Part shown: one piece after another, positions 15,171-27,700 of the stretch
How the letters are laid out: each line of letters opens with the position of its first letter
Numbering within the stretch: position 1 is the first letter of the stretch
Source of the DNA: the human T2T-CHM13v2.0 reference genome, Homo sapiens
NCBI RefSeq assembly: GCF_009914755.1
Contig: NC_060939.1
Length of the DNA stretch: 64,000 bases
Direction: 5' to 3' (one strand)
Program-made: the position numbers and the translations under genes
Notes under the pieces: model-generated
The model's database searches: none
The model's input: only the letters and a program-made list of their open reading frames with translations
Told to the model about the DNA's origin: nothing

Positions 15171-16724
15171 TGTATATGCAATGGAATATGATTTAACAAA
15201 AGGAGTGAAGTTCTGACACATGCTAGAACAAGTATGATGTTCTGATACAGGTTAAAGCGTAGATGACCCCTGAAAGCATTATGCCAAAAATGAAAAGAGC
15301 CAGGCACAAAAGGCCACATACTGTATGATTCTGTTTAGATGAAATGTCCAGAACAGGCAAATCCATGGCAGCTTAGTGGGTGACTAGTGCTTGGGGACAA
15401 GAGTGTTGACAGGAAATGTGGAATGACTTCTAACGAGTACAGGGTTTATTTCTGGGGTGATAAAAATGTTCCTAAATCAAATTATGGTGATGGCTGTGTA
15501 ATTCTATAAATATACTAAAAACCACTTTAGTACATAGCTTAGGTAAACTTTATGGTATGCAAATTGTACTTCAAAAAAGCAGTTTTAAAGATGTCATCCA
15601 GCAGGCAAGGTCAAAATTTTCTTAAAAGCAATGTTTTTTCCTACTTATAGGAGTATAACATGGTAGATATTCTCAAGAACACTGAAGAACTTAAAACAGG
15701 AAAATCGCCACCACTCATAACCCCATCCCTATATAATCAGAGAGCGTTATCGTCCTCAGATAGGGCTTCTTCTATCTCAAACCCAGTGTTTGATCCCAGT
15801 TCGAGGCAAACTGCCTCCTAACGCATCCAGAGACCCTGGAATTTCACCTTCTAGTTGGCTCACTCAAAGTCTTCACATGGACAAGGAGAATGTATGGCAA
15901 CTTCAAGGAGAAAGCACAACAGCAGGAAAGAATAATTCTGACTGTTCTGGGTAAAAGTAAAAGGCCCCTTCATCTGACCTGGGAATGCTAGAAACCTGGA
16001 AGCATTCAGAAGTCCCACATGCTCCCTTCATGCAAAAAGATACAAACCATTCATCCCTCTAGTTCCTTTTCTTCCTTTAATCCTTTCTACTTTCCACTGA
16101 GCATTCTTTATAACAAGTTTTAAAATAATATGTGCCAAAAACCGCAATAAGCACTTTACATCTGTTACCCCACAACAATTTTATGAGGCGGGTACAATTT
16201 TATTATTCCCATTTTGCAGAGAAGGAAAATGAGACCTCACATCCTAGGCTCATGTCTATTCCTAATGCATCGCCATGGCACCTTCTGATGCATGAAGTCT
16301 CATCACCAATCCATCCACTCATTTATTTATTGAACAAGGAGCATGAACCTGAAAGTCTGGCCTTAGACACTCCTCATAATGGACAGCAGACATGTCGATG
16401 TCAGGCGTCCCTACCAGCACACTCCCCAGCAAGGGTCAGACTAACCCTCGAAAAGTGGGAAACATTCAGTAGCCCGAGATGTCACCAGCGCCTCCTGTGT
16501 CTTTTTTGTTGAACTGAAGTAAATCCATCCTAAGTGGGGTGGCAGCGGAAGCATATGCTTTTCTTGTCCTTGCCACCTTTCTTCCTTTTCCCCCGAACGC
16601 TTCACTGTGAAAATATTCAAACACAGAAAAGTAGAAATAACAGTAACATGATCAGCTCTAGTCCCTCCACTTAGATGTAACAACTGATAATATTTTCTCC
16701 CATCTGCTCTACCTCGCTATTTTT

Positions 16725-17300
16725 GTATTAGGATATAATTCACACACCATTAAGTTCACCCCTTTGAAGTATATGCTTCAGTGGTTTTAGTACTTTCTCA
16801 AAGTTGTGCAGCCATCATCATGACATAATTCGAGAAGATTTTCATCACTCTTATAGCTAGGGTGATGAAAGATGTGAGATCACAGCCCACTTCCTCCTCC
16901 CCGAGCCCCTGGCACCCACTAATCTACTTTGTCTCTGTGCACTCGCCTCTTCTGGACACTTCACCTAATGGAATCACACGATATGCGGCCTTTTGTGACT
17001 GGCTTCTTTCATTTAGCATAACGTTGTCAAGGGTCATCCATGTCACAGCATGTAATGTTAGTACTTCTTATTGCCAAATAACATTCCATTGCATGGATAT
17101 TCCACAACTGAGGCATCCATTCATCAACTGATGGACACTTGGGTAGTTTCTACATTGGGACTATGACGGATAATGCGACTGTGATTATTCACGTACAAGC
17201 TTCTGCACGGACCTATGTTTCCAATTCTCTTGGGTACCTACCTAGGAGTGAAACAGCTGCCTATACAATAACTCTATGTTTAATTTCTTGAGGAACTGGG
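16725..17300 (-). mobile_element. L1MB-like 3' region
   Basis: ataattcacacaccattaagttcaccc...ccatccattcatcaactgatggacacttggg...ttgaggaactg. Confidence 0.85.
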
Positions 17301-18844
17301 AACATGCTTCCTGATTTCCAATTTAATACCACCAGTTTGACGGGCAAACGCTTATGTGTTTTTTTTTTAAACAGTGACACCTACAAGATGCTCACAAATC
17401 TTCTCAATTAAATAACACAATTAGCCTCTTGAAATACACAAAAATATGCTGGAAATGTTTAATGCCCACTAAAGCTACGCCAATAAACTTCACTTTTTTT
17501 TTTTTTTAACAGTGACAGAATTTGTCTCACTGCCTGTAGACTCTTGAGTCCCGCATAGCATATGTGTGTGTGTTTTAAGGAGAGAAAAAATTTTGCTACA
17601 GTAGTGGACAGCTCATACACTCATATAAGGTGGTAATCTGCACTATTTGTACAAACTATATGTGAATAAAGTTGTTCTGAATGGTCAGCCATTGGGAAAT
17701 TTTATGCTATAATACCTATTGTTCTTTTGGAGTAACAAACTCTGCCCTGAGATAACGGAAGTTCTAATATACTTCCACCTCCCTTTAATTACAATACATG
17801 AGTCTTCCCTTGCTCTAAAATCAGCCATACGCCAAGTCAGTCATGACCACTTGCTGAAGCCTTGGCACGTGTGCAAACTCCCACGTCATTCTCATGGGTC
17901 TCAAGTTCTTCCCGAAGGCTGTTTCTGTAAATGGATGAAGAGTGCCTCTGGGACAGGTTTGCCGGGTGGTCTGAGAGCTGGTGTGAAATTATCCAGAATT
18001 CCATTTACTTCCAAGAACTTCGGCTCCTCTTAACAGGGCCTGAAATAAGGCTGCTTGTTGACTTCTGCCTGTGCTCGGGGTTGGCCCGGCCTTGCACACT
18101 CCTTCTGCTCTCGGGCTGACACCTCTGCCGGAGGCCGCCTGGGGTCTCTGAGAAGCTGTGCAGGCATCACCTGAGGGCCTCGAGGCCATCATCACACAGA
18201 GGCACACAGTCTGTGACCCAGTCAACCAGGTGGATTTGTGCAAACCATTTTATTAAACGAAGTCACGCCTTAGCCTTAAGAGTGCTTTCATGGCAGTCTG
18301 ATCTCACCACTGCAGGAGCGGGATCAGCTGCAACCCAGCAATTTGCAACGTGACTATTTCCTTGTAGCTACGGAAGACTCATCCACACAGAACAAGGTGG
18401 ACTGTGGTACAGACACCAAAATAGATCCCAGAAAGGAAGCAGAGTGCCAGGTAAGCACCGAGGAGGTGCCGCTTCATGCAGACAGTTCTCTGCCTTAAGT
18501 CCTGGCATCCGGCTGTGGATGGCTCTTAATACCATGCTGGCGGGCAGACCAGATGCTCCTGCCAGCCCACGTAGATGAAAGGGGCCACAGCACGTCTGAA
18601 CAGAAAGACATGATTCAAATAAGCGTGGCTTTGTTCTGCCGCATCTTCTGAAAACCCGGGCAGCCCTGCCTGGAATGAGGCAGATCTGACTGGCTCAGTG
18701 CTGCACTGGGAGAACACAGAACCTGGGCAACATGTGCACCTGGGTGGCCTCCGTGTCCCCCCTGAACCAAGCACACAGCTTGGGGCCAGGTCCTCTGGCC
18801 CAGTCCATCCTAGGACACAAACATCTACCATCCAACATCCCTGG

Positions 18845-19025
18845 AGGGCTGGACTTCTCCACCGGAAAAGTCTGGAAATATTGGGGGCAGGAGTTGTTAC
18901 ACGACTGAGGGGTCATGCCTGGACAGAGGCCAAAATGGCCAACGCTCTGCAGTATGGCAGACACTCCTGCACAACAAGAAACTGTTCCGCCCATGATGCC
19001 AACGTGGCTGCCATTAAGAAATGGC
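18845..19025 (+). mobile_element. MER20/MER3-like hAT DNA transposon remnant
   Basis: gaggccaaaatggccaacgctctgcagtatggcagacactcctgcacaacaagaaactgttccgccc...atgccaac. Confidence 0.55.
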
Positions 19026-19835
19026 CTTTTCAGAGTAAGAGTGACCAACTCGAATGCTACGGACCAGGCAGGAAGCCTAAGGGGGAGGCAGGCACCCTTC
19101 CAATGGTCTTTTGAATTGTGTTCTTCTAACATGGACACACTTTGCTGGCATTCAAATCACAAAGGGGTGTTTCCTGGGATTTAATTCTACGAAGAAAGCT
19201 AGGCTTTCACATTTCTTCCCTTGAAACACTCAGCGCTCTCACCCTATTTTCCATTTTCCCACTTTTGATAAAGATGCGGGTGCAGGAACATTTCAGTTTT
19301 CTCTTACTGCACCACAAGGAAAGTCACAGCACAATGTGAGGACGAGAGGCACCTGTCACTTAGCATCAGGGGAGGGAGACAAAAGGACATGGTGGGGACT
19401 AAGGCAAACTGGAAACTGTCTAAAGGGGACAGCCACGCCTTAGCTCCAGCTCACTGCTGCCACGTGGGGATGTGCGCCTGGAGGTGCCAGATTTTTCCAA
19501 AGCCACCAAAGAGTCAGTTGTTTCCTTTCTTAGGAAAAAGCACTGACTCTTTTTTTTCAGTATTAGAAGACTAATAAGAAAATATTAAACAAAACATGTT
19601 TGAGACCAGATGCAGCCTGAGTAACTAGTTTGCTACTTCTGCATGAAGTATATAACCATGTTTCAAAGTGCTCTCTCTCTCTATACTGGCCCTGAGCTCA
19701 TCTCACGGGGGCAGAAGCTGGATATTGCCTTCCCAGGAAGCCAGGAGCAGGGCAAAGAAGGCAGGGACTCACTCTGAGAAGAGGAGATGAATGAGAATCA
19801 CAGTGACTCTTGTCCTGGTGGCCCACATATGTGCA

Positions 19836-20431
19836 TGTATTAGGGTTTTCTTAGAGAGATAGAACTTCACACACACACACCCACAGACACACACACATAT
19901 ATGTGTATATATACATGTATATATGTATATACATATAGTGTATATATACACATGTATGTGTATATATATATACACACACACATATATATATCCTGGGTGT
20001 GTCTGTGTGGGTGTATATATATGTGTGTGTGTGTATATATGTGTGTATATATATGGAGTTTATTAAGTATTAACTTATACATTCACAAGGTCCCCCAATA
20101 GGCTGTCTGCAAGCTGAGGAGCAAGGAGAAGCAGTCCAAGTCCCGAAGCTGAAGAACTTGGAGTCCAGTGTTCAATGGCAGGAAGCATCCAGCATGGGAG
20201 AAAGACGTAGGCTGGGAGGCTTGGCCCATCTCTCCTTTTCACGTTTTTCTTATTGCTTTATATTCACTGGAAGCTGATTAGATTGTGCCCACCAGATTAA
20301 GGGTGGATCTGCCTTCCCCAGCCCCCTGACCCAAATGTTAATCTCTTTTGCCAACACCCACACAGACACACCCAGGATTAATATTCTGTATCCTTCAATC
20401 CAGTCAAGTTGACACTCGGTATTAACCATCA
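19836..20431 (-). mobile_element. MLT2A1/A2 (HERV-L) solo LTR with internal (CA/TA)n expansion
   Basis: Minus strand starts tgatggttaataccgagtgtcaacttga...; hallmark aataggctgtctgcaagctgaggagcaagg and gaagaacttggagtcc. Confidence 0.9.
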
Positions 20432-21627
20432 TGGTGGGGATGTCCACACTGCCCACCGCCTTTGGAGTGTACTTGGCGATTACAGAGCAGAGACAGAGCA
20501 AATGCAATTGTCTAAGTGCAGTGAGTACAGGAGGGTGGGGGGTACAGATATACCAGGGAGGGAGAGGGAACAGGATGGGGAGGCTTTGGTGGGCGGTAAC
20601 TTCCTCCTTTGCAGCCAGCCATTTGTGATTTTTGCAGCAGATGTTTACAAGGGTAAAAGAATTGAGATACAGACAAGGTTACTACATCATAAATTACTCA
20701 GTCATCACAAGATTTCAAAGAGAAAACAAAAAAACCTCAAAAGGGATTTGGTTTGAGAGTGAAAACGCTTGCCATTGTGCAGAGGCAAAATATTCTCCTT
20801 TATTATAAGGTCCTCGTTCTTCACCCCCAGTGCAAAGGCGAGGAAAGGTCACTGCTTCCCCAGTACTCTCTCTGATCTGCTGTAACCTTCTCCTAGGATT
20901 ACATCTCCCAAGCAGCCTTACAGAGACACAGAACACTCTTTGTCCTGCACTGACCGCACCAGGCATTGACATTCTAGGAAAGGGGAATCCCTCCACTTCC
21001 AGAGAGAGCCTCCGGGGCCAACCCCAAGGCTCTCAACAGTCCTACTCTTTGTCAAAACAGGGCCACCCACAGGTTTTAAGGGTAGAAGCAGCAAAGGAAG
21101 CTGCGAAGCTTGTCAGGCAACTTCAAGAACCCCACAGACTTAACCACCTGCATTCCATCTGGACCCATGAGCACCCAGAAGTAATGAGCCCCTGGATGTG
21201 TCATGGATCCACAAGGCTGCCTTGCTCATCACTGCCTTGCTAGAACCAAGTCCTCCCTGTTACTCACCACCAATTTCACGGCCATGGGGAACCTGCCTTT
21301 GTAGGCTGAATTCCACAAGAAATATACTTTCCTCCAGTTGCAGCAAAACATGCAGCTGCTATTGCTCCAAGATTGGAAACATACTTAACCATCTTAGTAA
21401 AAGCCTTCTGAGGAACATAGCAAAGATTTTATAAAAGGGCTAAAAGATCCTTTTTAATTCTTTTTTTAAGAGTTGGGGAAGAACATACAAATCATTCCTC
21501 TGTCATGTCAAAAATGTATATGGTTTCGTTAAAATAACTGAGTGCCAGCACATGGCTCAAACTAGGACCCAAGAGGGGACAAAGGGGACTTGGGGGAGCT
21601 TCCCCGATGGTTCAGAAAGAAACCCCA

Positions 21628-22428
21628 GCAGCAGCCATTCATGCAGTCCTTAAGCAGTCACGGCCTCTGTGCCCATTCATGCAGTCCTTACAGCAGTCAC
21701 GGTCTCTGTGCCATTCAGTCCTTACAGCAGTCACGGCCTCTGTGCCATGCAGTCCTTATAGCAGTCACGGTCTCTGTGCCATTCAGTCCTCACAGCAGTC
21801 ACGGTCTCTGTGCCATTCAGTCCTTACAGCAGTCACGGTCTCTGTGCCATTCAGTCCTTACAGCAGTCACGGTCTCTGTGCCCATTCAGTCCTTACAGCA
21901 GTCACGGTCTCTGTGCCCATTCAGTCCTTAGAGCAGTCATGGTCTCTGTGCCATTCAGTCCTTATAGCAGTCATAGCCTCTGTCCCATTCTGTCCTTACA
22001 GCAGTCACGGCCTCTGTGCCCACTCTGTCCTTACAGCAGTCACGGTCTCTGTGCCATTCAGTCCTTACAGCAGTCACGGCCTCTGCGCCATTCAGTCCTT
22101 ACAGCAGTCACGGTCTCTGTGCCATTCAGTCCTTACAGCAGTCACGGTCTCTGTGCCATTCAGTCCTTATAGCAGTCATAGCCTCTGTGCCATTCAGTCC
22201 TTATAGCAGTCATAGCCTCTGTGCCATTCAGTCCTTATAGCAGTCACAGCCTCTGTGCCCATTCAGTCCTTACAGCAGTCACGGTCTCTGTGCCCATTCA
22301 GTCCTTACAGCAGTCACGGTCTCTGTGCCATTCAGTCCTTACAGCAGTCACGGCCTCTGTGCCCATTCAGTCCTTACAGCAGTCATGGCCTCTGTGCCAT
22401 TCCGTCCTCAGAGCAGTCATGGTCTGTG
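21628..22428. repeat. 34/35-bp minisatellite (VNTR-like), about 23 copies
   Basis: Unit cagcagtcacggtctctgtgcc(c)attcagtcctta repeated head to tail. Confidence 0.97.
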
Positions 22429-23069
22429 TTCTGGGTGCTGCTCCAGGGTGATGTCAGCCCAGCCAGAGAGGTTCCAAGACAGTGGAGGATCTGGGTCCTT
22501 GGAGTTCCCAGGGAGGCCACAGACTACCCAGCAGTCATGACATGAGTTACGCCTCCAAAGATAAGCAGGAGTCAGCCGGGGGAAAAGGAGGCTTGGCCCT
22601 TCAGGCCTGAAACCCCAAATGTCCAGGCACATAATCAGATGTGGTTTTGAGGGACCATAATACAATCAGAAGCACAACTGTATACCATCCACATCCAGAC
22701 CACGAAGTGAAGAGAGGCTTTTCCGTGAAACTGAACTCGTGATATGGACACATGCAGAGGCCAAGACTAGACACCGAGTGGAAATGGGACTCTGGAGAAA
22801 TCCTGTAACTCTCTCACTGCATTTGCAGATCTGGGCTTGATATGCCTGGAAAGGAGAGTGCAGGGGCTTTCAGCAAACATGGGTGGAGATGGACCATAAA
22901 AGACCTCAGAGGATGATCTCGGTTGGCATTTTACCTTGTGGATGCAGAGAAACCAATGGTGAGTTTTATACATGGGAGTGATGGGATTAAATTTAAACAG
23001 AAAATAAGTGATAATTCATTGGTTGGTTTGATCTAATACAGTATCTGGTACACAGTTGGTAACAACAGC

Positions 23070-23152
23070 TATTAGGTTGAGTCCTACACAATTGCTAATA
23101 ATCAACTGTTCTGATCTAGAAAAATGACAATTTCATGTGAGTCAGCCTAATA
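23070..23152. mobile_element. MADE2-like mariner MITE (~80-bp palindrome)
   Basis: tattaggttgagtcctacacaattg...caatttcatgtgagtcagcctaata; terminal inverted repeats with TA ends. Confidence 0.7.
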
Positions 23153-23299
23153 TTTGTGATTTGATGCAATTAAGTGACAAATATATGACGTCCATCATTT
23201 CAAAAGAGACTAAAATAAAGATCCTGGGCAGAATAAGAAAAGCAGTAGCTGTTCCCACCTGGGCCTCTCCTGGCTCTCCTCCCTCCCACCATGATGAAA

Positions 23300-24710
23300 C
23301 CCTACCCACAGCCTCAGGCCCCACCTCTGAGCACTGATGAACCCCGAGTGCCCCCTCAGCCAGATCTCGCTGTTCAAATCCAGATCTGTGTTTCAACCAT
23401 CTCCTGAACACTTCCACCTGGATTTCTCACAGGCTAAAGTCAAACCTCTGACTCAGGCCCAGCTCCAAATCAAAGTGGGTTCACCTCAACCCAAATAACC
23501 ACTGTCTGTTCTGCTGGGAGCAAAACTGAGATCCTCTGTCTTTCCCACCCACCATGCAGGAAACATCAGAAATCCTCACTACCCCCTCCAATCCTCCCCA
23601 TTCCACCTCCAATTCATTACTAAGTCATGTCAATATGGAGATCTCAGATCCACCCACTTTTCTTTATCTCCCCTAAATGACTGTACACTTGGCCGCAAGT
23701 AATAGAAAACAATGGTTTAATCAGAGACGAGACACCATTGCTCAACACAGAAGTCTGGAGAGGCAGGCGGCCCTGGATTGATCAGGCAGCCCAGTGATGG
23801 CACATCGCTGGATGGACAGATCTGTGGTCCTCCTGGCCTTTCCCTCATGGTCCCAAGACAGCTGCAGAAGCCCTAAGCACTGTCCTCACACAGTAGCTTC
23901 CCAGGGTGGAAAACCTTTCTCTGAGGCTGCCAGCAGGCCTTTGCTTAGATTTCCCTGGGCTACGTGGGATTGCACAGCCACTGCTGCAAGGGAGACCAGG
24001 TAAGTGATTATCCAGGAAAAGGAATGGACTGTCGTGACCGGCTTCATCACCTGAGGGTGGGCACACAGCCCAGCAATGTATAAGAGAGGGGCATGGCTGC
24101 TAAGTCCACAACTAGCAATACCTTCCAAACCCACTGTTATCTTAGAGCAACGGCTTTCATTCCTGACCTTGCTCCCACTGCAGTAAACATGGCCACGTCA
24201 TCTGCCCATAGCTCTTTGATGATGAATCCCGACACTCAGATAAAATCCACGACGCTTTGTGGAGCCCTCAAGGCCCTGCAGATACAGCCCTGCCTTATTT
24301 CTCACTACTGGGCCTCCTTCATGTTCCTCAAATGCTCCAAACTCTTTCTTGCTTCAAGGCTTTCAGAAGGGGCCATCTCCTCACCTACACGCTCTTTCCC
24401 GAAATCTTTACATGGCTGACTCCTTCTCACAGTTCGGATCCTAGCCTTGATGTTACCATCTCCGAAAGGCCTCAGAACAGTCTACTTTGACACCATCCAG
24501 CGCGTGACCTCTGCATTCAAGAAACCTGGCCCAGTTTATCATCATATCTATTTGTATGACAAGTTCTTTTATGCCTGTCACTCTGATTAGACTGTAAGTG
24601 TTCTGAAGGCAGGAATCTCATCTGCTTTGCACATCACTATAATACTGGTACCATACGCAAAGCCTGACAGGTACAGAGGCTCATGAACACTGCTGAATTC
24701 ATTATTGATC
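23300..24710 (+). mobile_element. L2 fragments interrupted by an old MLT1-type LTR (~23680-24120)
   Basis: ccatctcctgaacacttccacctggatttctcacagg; ttagactgtaagtgttctgaaggcaggaatctcatctg; MLT1-like gcaagtaatagaaaac...ggtcccaagacagctgcag. Confidence 0.6.
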
Positions 24711-27700
24711 AATTAGTGCATTAATGAACTAACTGAAAGAGGGACTGGACCGAGGAGAAAAGGAAAACTCGAGGGTGAGAGTGAGCAGGTACATTTAGGG
24801 CAGGATGAGGACACAGACCCAGCCCAAGTGGACATGTGAGAGACCACGAGAGAGCGCTGAACAGACACAGGCAGGTGAGGGCATGAAACGTCAAATGCCA
24901 CACTTGGCATGCTCTTGGAGAACTCCTATTCTCTACCCCTCGTGTTTCCATGCAGAGTGAGGTCTGCCACAGCAATGCTCTGCCTGGCAAGGGCAGGTGA
25001 CTTGTCTGTCCAATGGTCTGGGGGAAGGAGCTGGCCTGCTCACTAGCCCCCCAACCCCAGCTCTCCCTGCCTACCTGTGGGAGGATGGGGCCCTGTGGTG
25101 GGCTCACCACCCACAGTGTCACCTGCCTCTACGAGGGGGCCATTGCCCTGCGGTCCTGTCTGTGACAGTTGCAGAAGAGAAGTTGGATAGTGCTTCCGTT
25201 AAATTTCAGGGAGCAAATTGGATCATTCTAAGGTGAAACATTCAGTGACATTTGGGCCCCCTTCTCCAATCAGCTTCCTTGGTAGTAATGCTCACAGACA
25301 CTGTGACTACCACTGGTTCCAAGCCTGGGAGGGGAAGATGGTTCTTATGGAGTATCCCTGAAGACCCCAACAGAGTAGCTCACCACTGACACTGCAGGTG
25401 CTGAGGAGCCAGCACAGCTTTAAGTCCTGCACAACCCAACAGCTTGCAAATAGGACGCAAAGATGGTTTCAGGCTATGAATCACTCTCCCTCCTAGGTAG
25501 CTCTCCCCACCCCCTCCCCACATTGACAGAAGTGACCATTGACTGGACTCCCAGGCCTCTTATCTAATATCCTGCCCTGCAACTCTGACGTGAAACATGA
25601 GTGTTGCTGATGCCTTCCCTTGCAAATTCCTGCCTTACAAATCTCTGCTGATGTCTTGGTCCATGGGACAATCACTCTTATTTCAGTGGCTTCTGTTCTA
25701 TGACGCACAGTGGTTCTGCCTGTTGACCTGGATGCTCACTTCACATTCAGGAAGTCTTCTCTCTGGACTGAGAACCACAGCAAGGCTGGTCCCGCTAAAC
25801 TAAAAAGGACCCAGTCTCCTGGCTGCAGTCCAAAGGATCCACCCTCTGTTGACCTCAAAGAATCATATGATGTCCCAGAGGCGACCACTCAAAGGTCACA
25901 TGATCCGTTGAAGATGCTGACACGCCTCCTCCCACAACAAAACACCCACAGAGCCTCAGGAGAACTAACTGCAAAGTTCCCTCTCCCTGACCAAATGCAA
26001 ACATCTTCCTTTGAAGTGTAGACAGAGAACGCAAGGGCAACTCTCTTGCAGTGGTGAAGTATGGAGCTCCAGTGAGCAGGTGGACACAGAGCCAAGATGA
26101 AAGGCCACAGCACCTTCCCTGACCAGCAGGAAATTGCCACACAGTCACCTGAGATGATCAGTGCAGGGAAAGCCTGCCTGTGTTGGCCTCCCTCACAGCT
26201 AAGGAGGATGCACCCACAGCACATCAACTAGCTCCAACTCACTCTGCCCCCACTGCCAACCACCCATCCCATGCTGAAGTCCTAGAAGTTTCCTGGCCAA
26301 GCTGCACGAGCATAACCAACACCGGGCACTTAAACATAACCAGGGGCATATTAACTGAGAAGACAACTCAGAATAAGTGGTTTTCTCAGTTAAACTTTCT
26401 CCGCAGTTTGGGCTTGCAGAAGAGCACAAACACGTCACGAATGACACCCGCGGTGCACGAAAGCCACACTTGCAGACCCGTATCTTTGTGGTACCTTCAA
26501 AGAGAACTCCACATTCTACAGAGCGTCCAGTGGGTCTCCACATCAGATGCGCATCCAGGGCTGAGGGCAGGCTAGATAGTAACAGATTCCTGTGTATAAC
26601 TCTTTCCAGATGCTGGCTGGTACAGAGTTGGAGGAGAAGTCATCCATGCCATAGACACACGAGCTAATTCCAAACCTCACAGCAGGGAGGGATCTGAGGC
26701 CAGCAATGGTGCAAGGAGAGCAAGGGGTGGAGGAAACGGGGTTAGACTGGGATGGTCTGCAAATTGCAATGGCATCATAGCCGAAAAGTTCCTGAAAAGT
26801 CTAATTGTCCTGAGGCATCTTCATAACAGCTATCTCAGGCCTGACCACTGGGTTGAGATGGGAGTGACTGGCATTTAACACTTTTTTCGGGTTTGATCAC
26901 TCAGCAAAAGCTTAGGAAGTATTGCATTTTGAATGAAAGCATTTATTGTTTAAATGAAGGCACCAATAGTGGGTAACGACAATGCTTGGAAGAAACAAAA
27001 TTATAAAAATGAATTTAAACACACACACACCTAGCTTCGGAAACATATCTTAGCAGGAGAAGCAAAGTCCACTGTTGATACCAAACACCTCCTGAAACAG
27101 GTGTTGGGACTGCCTGGGGACCCAATTAGGAAGCCATCACTCTGTCTCCCAGCAGCCAGGGGACAAGAACAGCCCACGGGGGGAGGAGACAGAGGGATTA
27201 GCAATAAAGCAAGGTATGTCTTGGAAGGCAGCCACCCTTTCCACCTGGTGCTGAGAACTCTGTTGGCACCAAAAGGAATTGTGAAGTTGGCAACCCCATC
27301 AGAACACAGAGAGAGCGCCTGCACATCCTGGGAGGAAGATAATCCAAAGCAGTCTTTAAAATAAATACTTCCATCAGGGAATTTAAGTACTTTGTATCTA
27401 GCAATGGTGTGCCTCATTATTTTCAGGACCGTGTTATGTTATGGCCTACGTTGCTTCAAATTCTGAACTCATGCCATTTGTCAAAGACAATAAAATACCA
27501 AAGGCACAACTACTTATCAGATAATCCAGTGGAAATTTTAATTGAGGCTTCAGTGTTAATTCCTCTTGGCAATGACCCCTATGTCTAACTCTCTGGCTAA
27601 TTCTCATTTCATTAAAGACAATTCCCAGTGTGCATAAGCTTCTTATTTCATAAACCAGCCACTGGAATCCACAGGGGATAACTGCCTTCCCACAGGAACA

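Noticed and set aside
21590-22545. Long overlapping ORFs (up to 199 aa) and a superficially CRISPR-like periodic array
   Set aside because: These are products of the 34-bp minisatellite. Units are contiguous with no unique spacers, there are no cas genes, and the DNA is mammalian.
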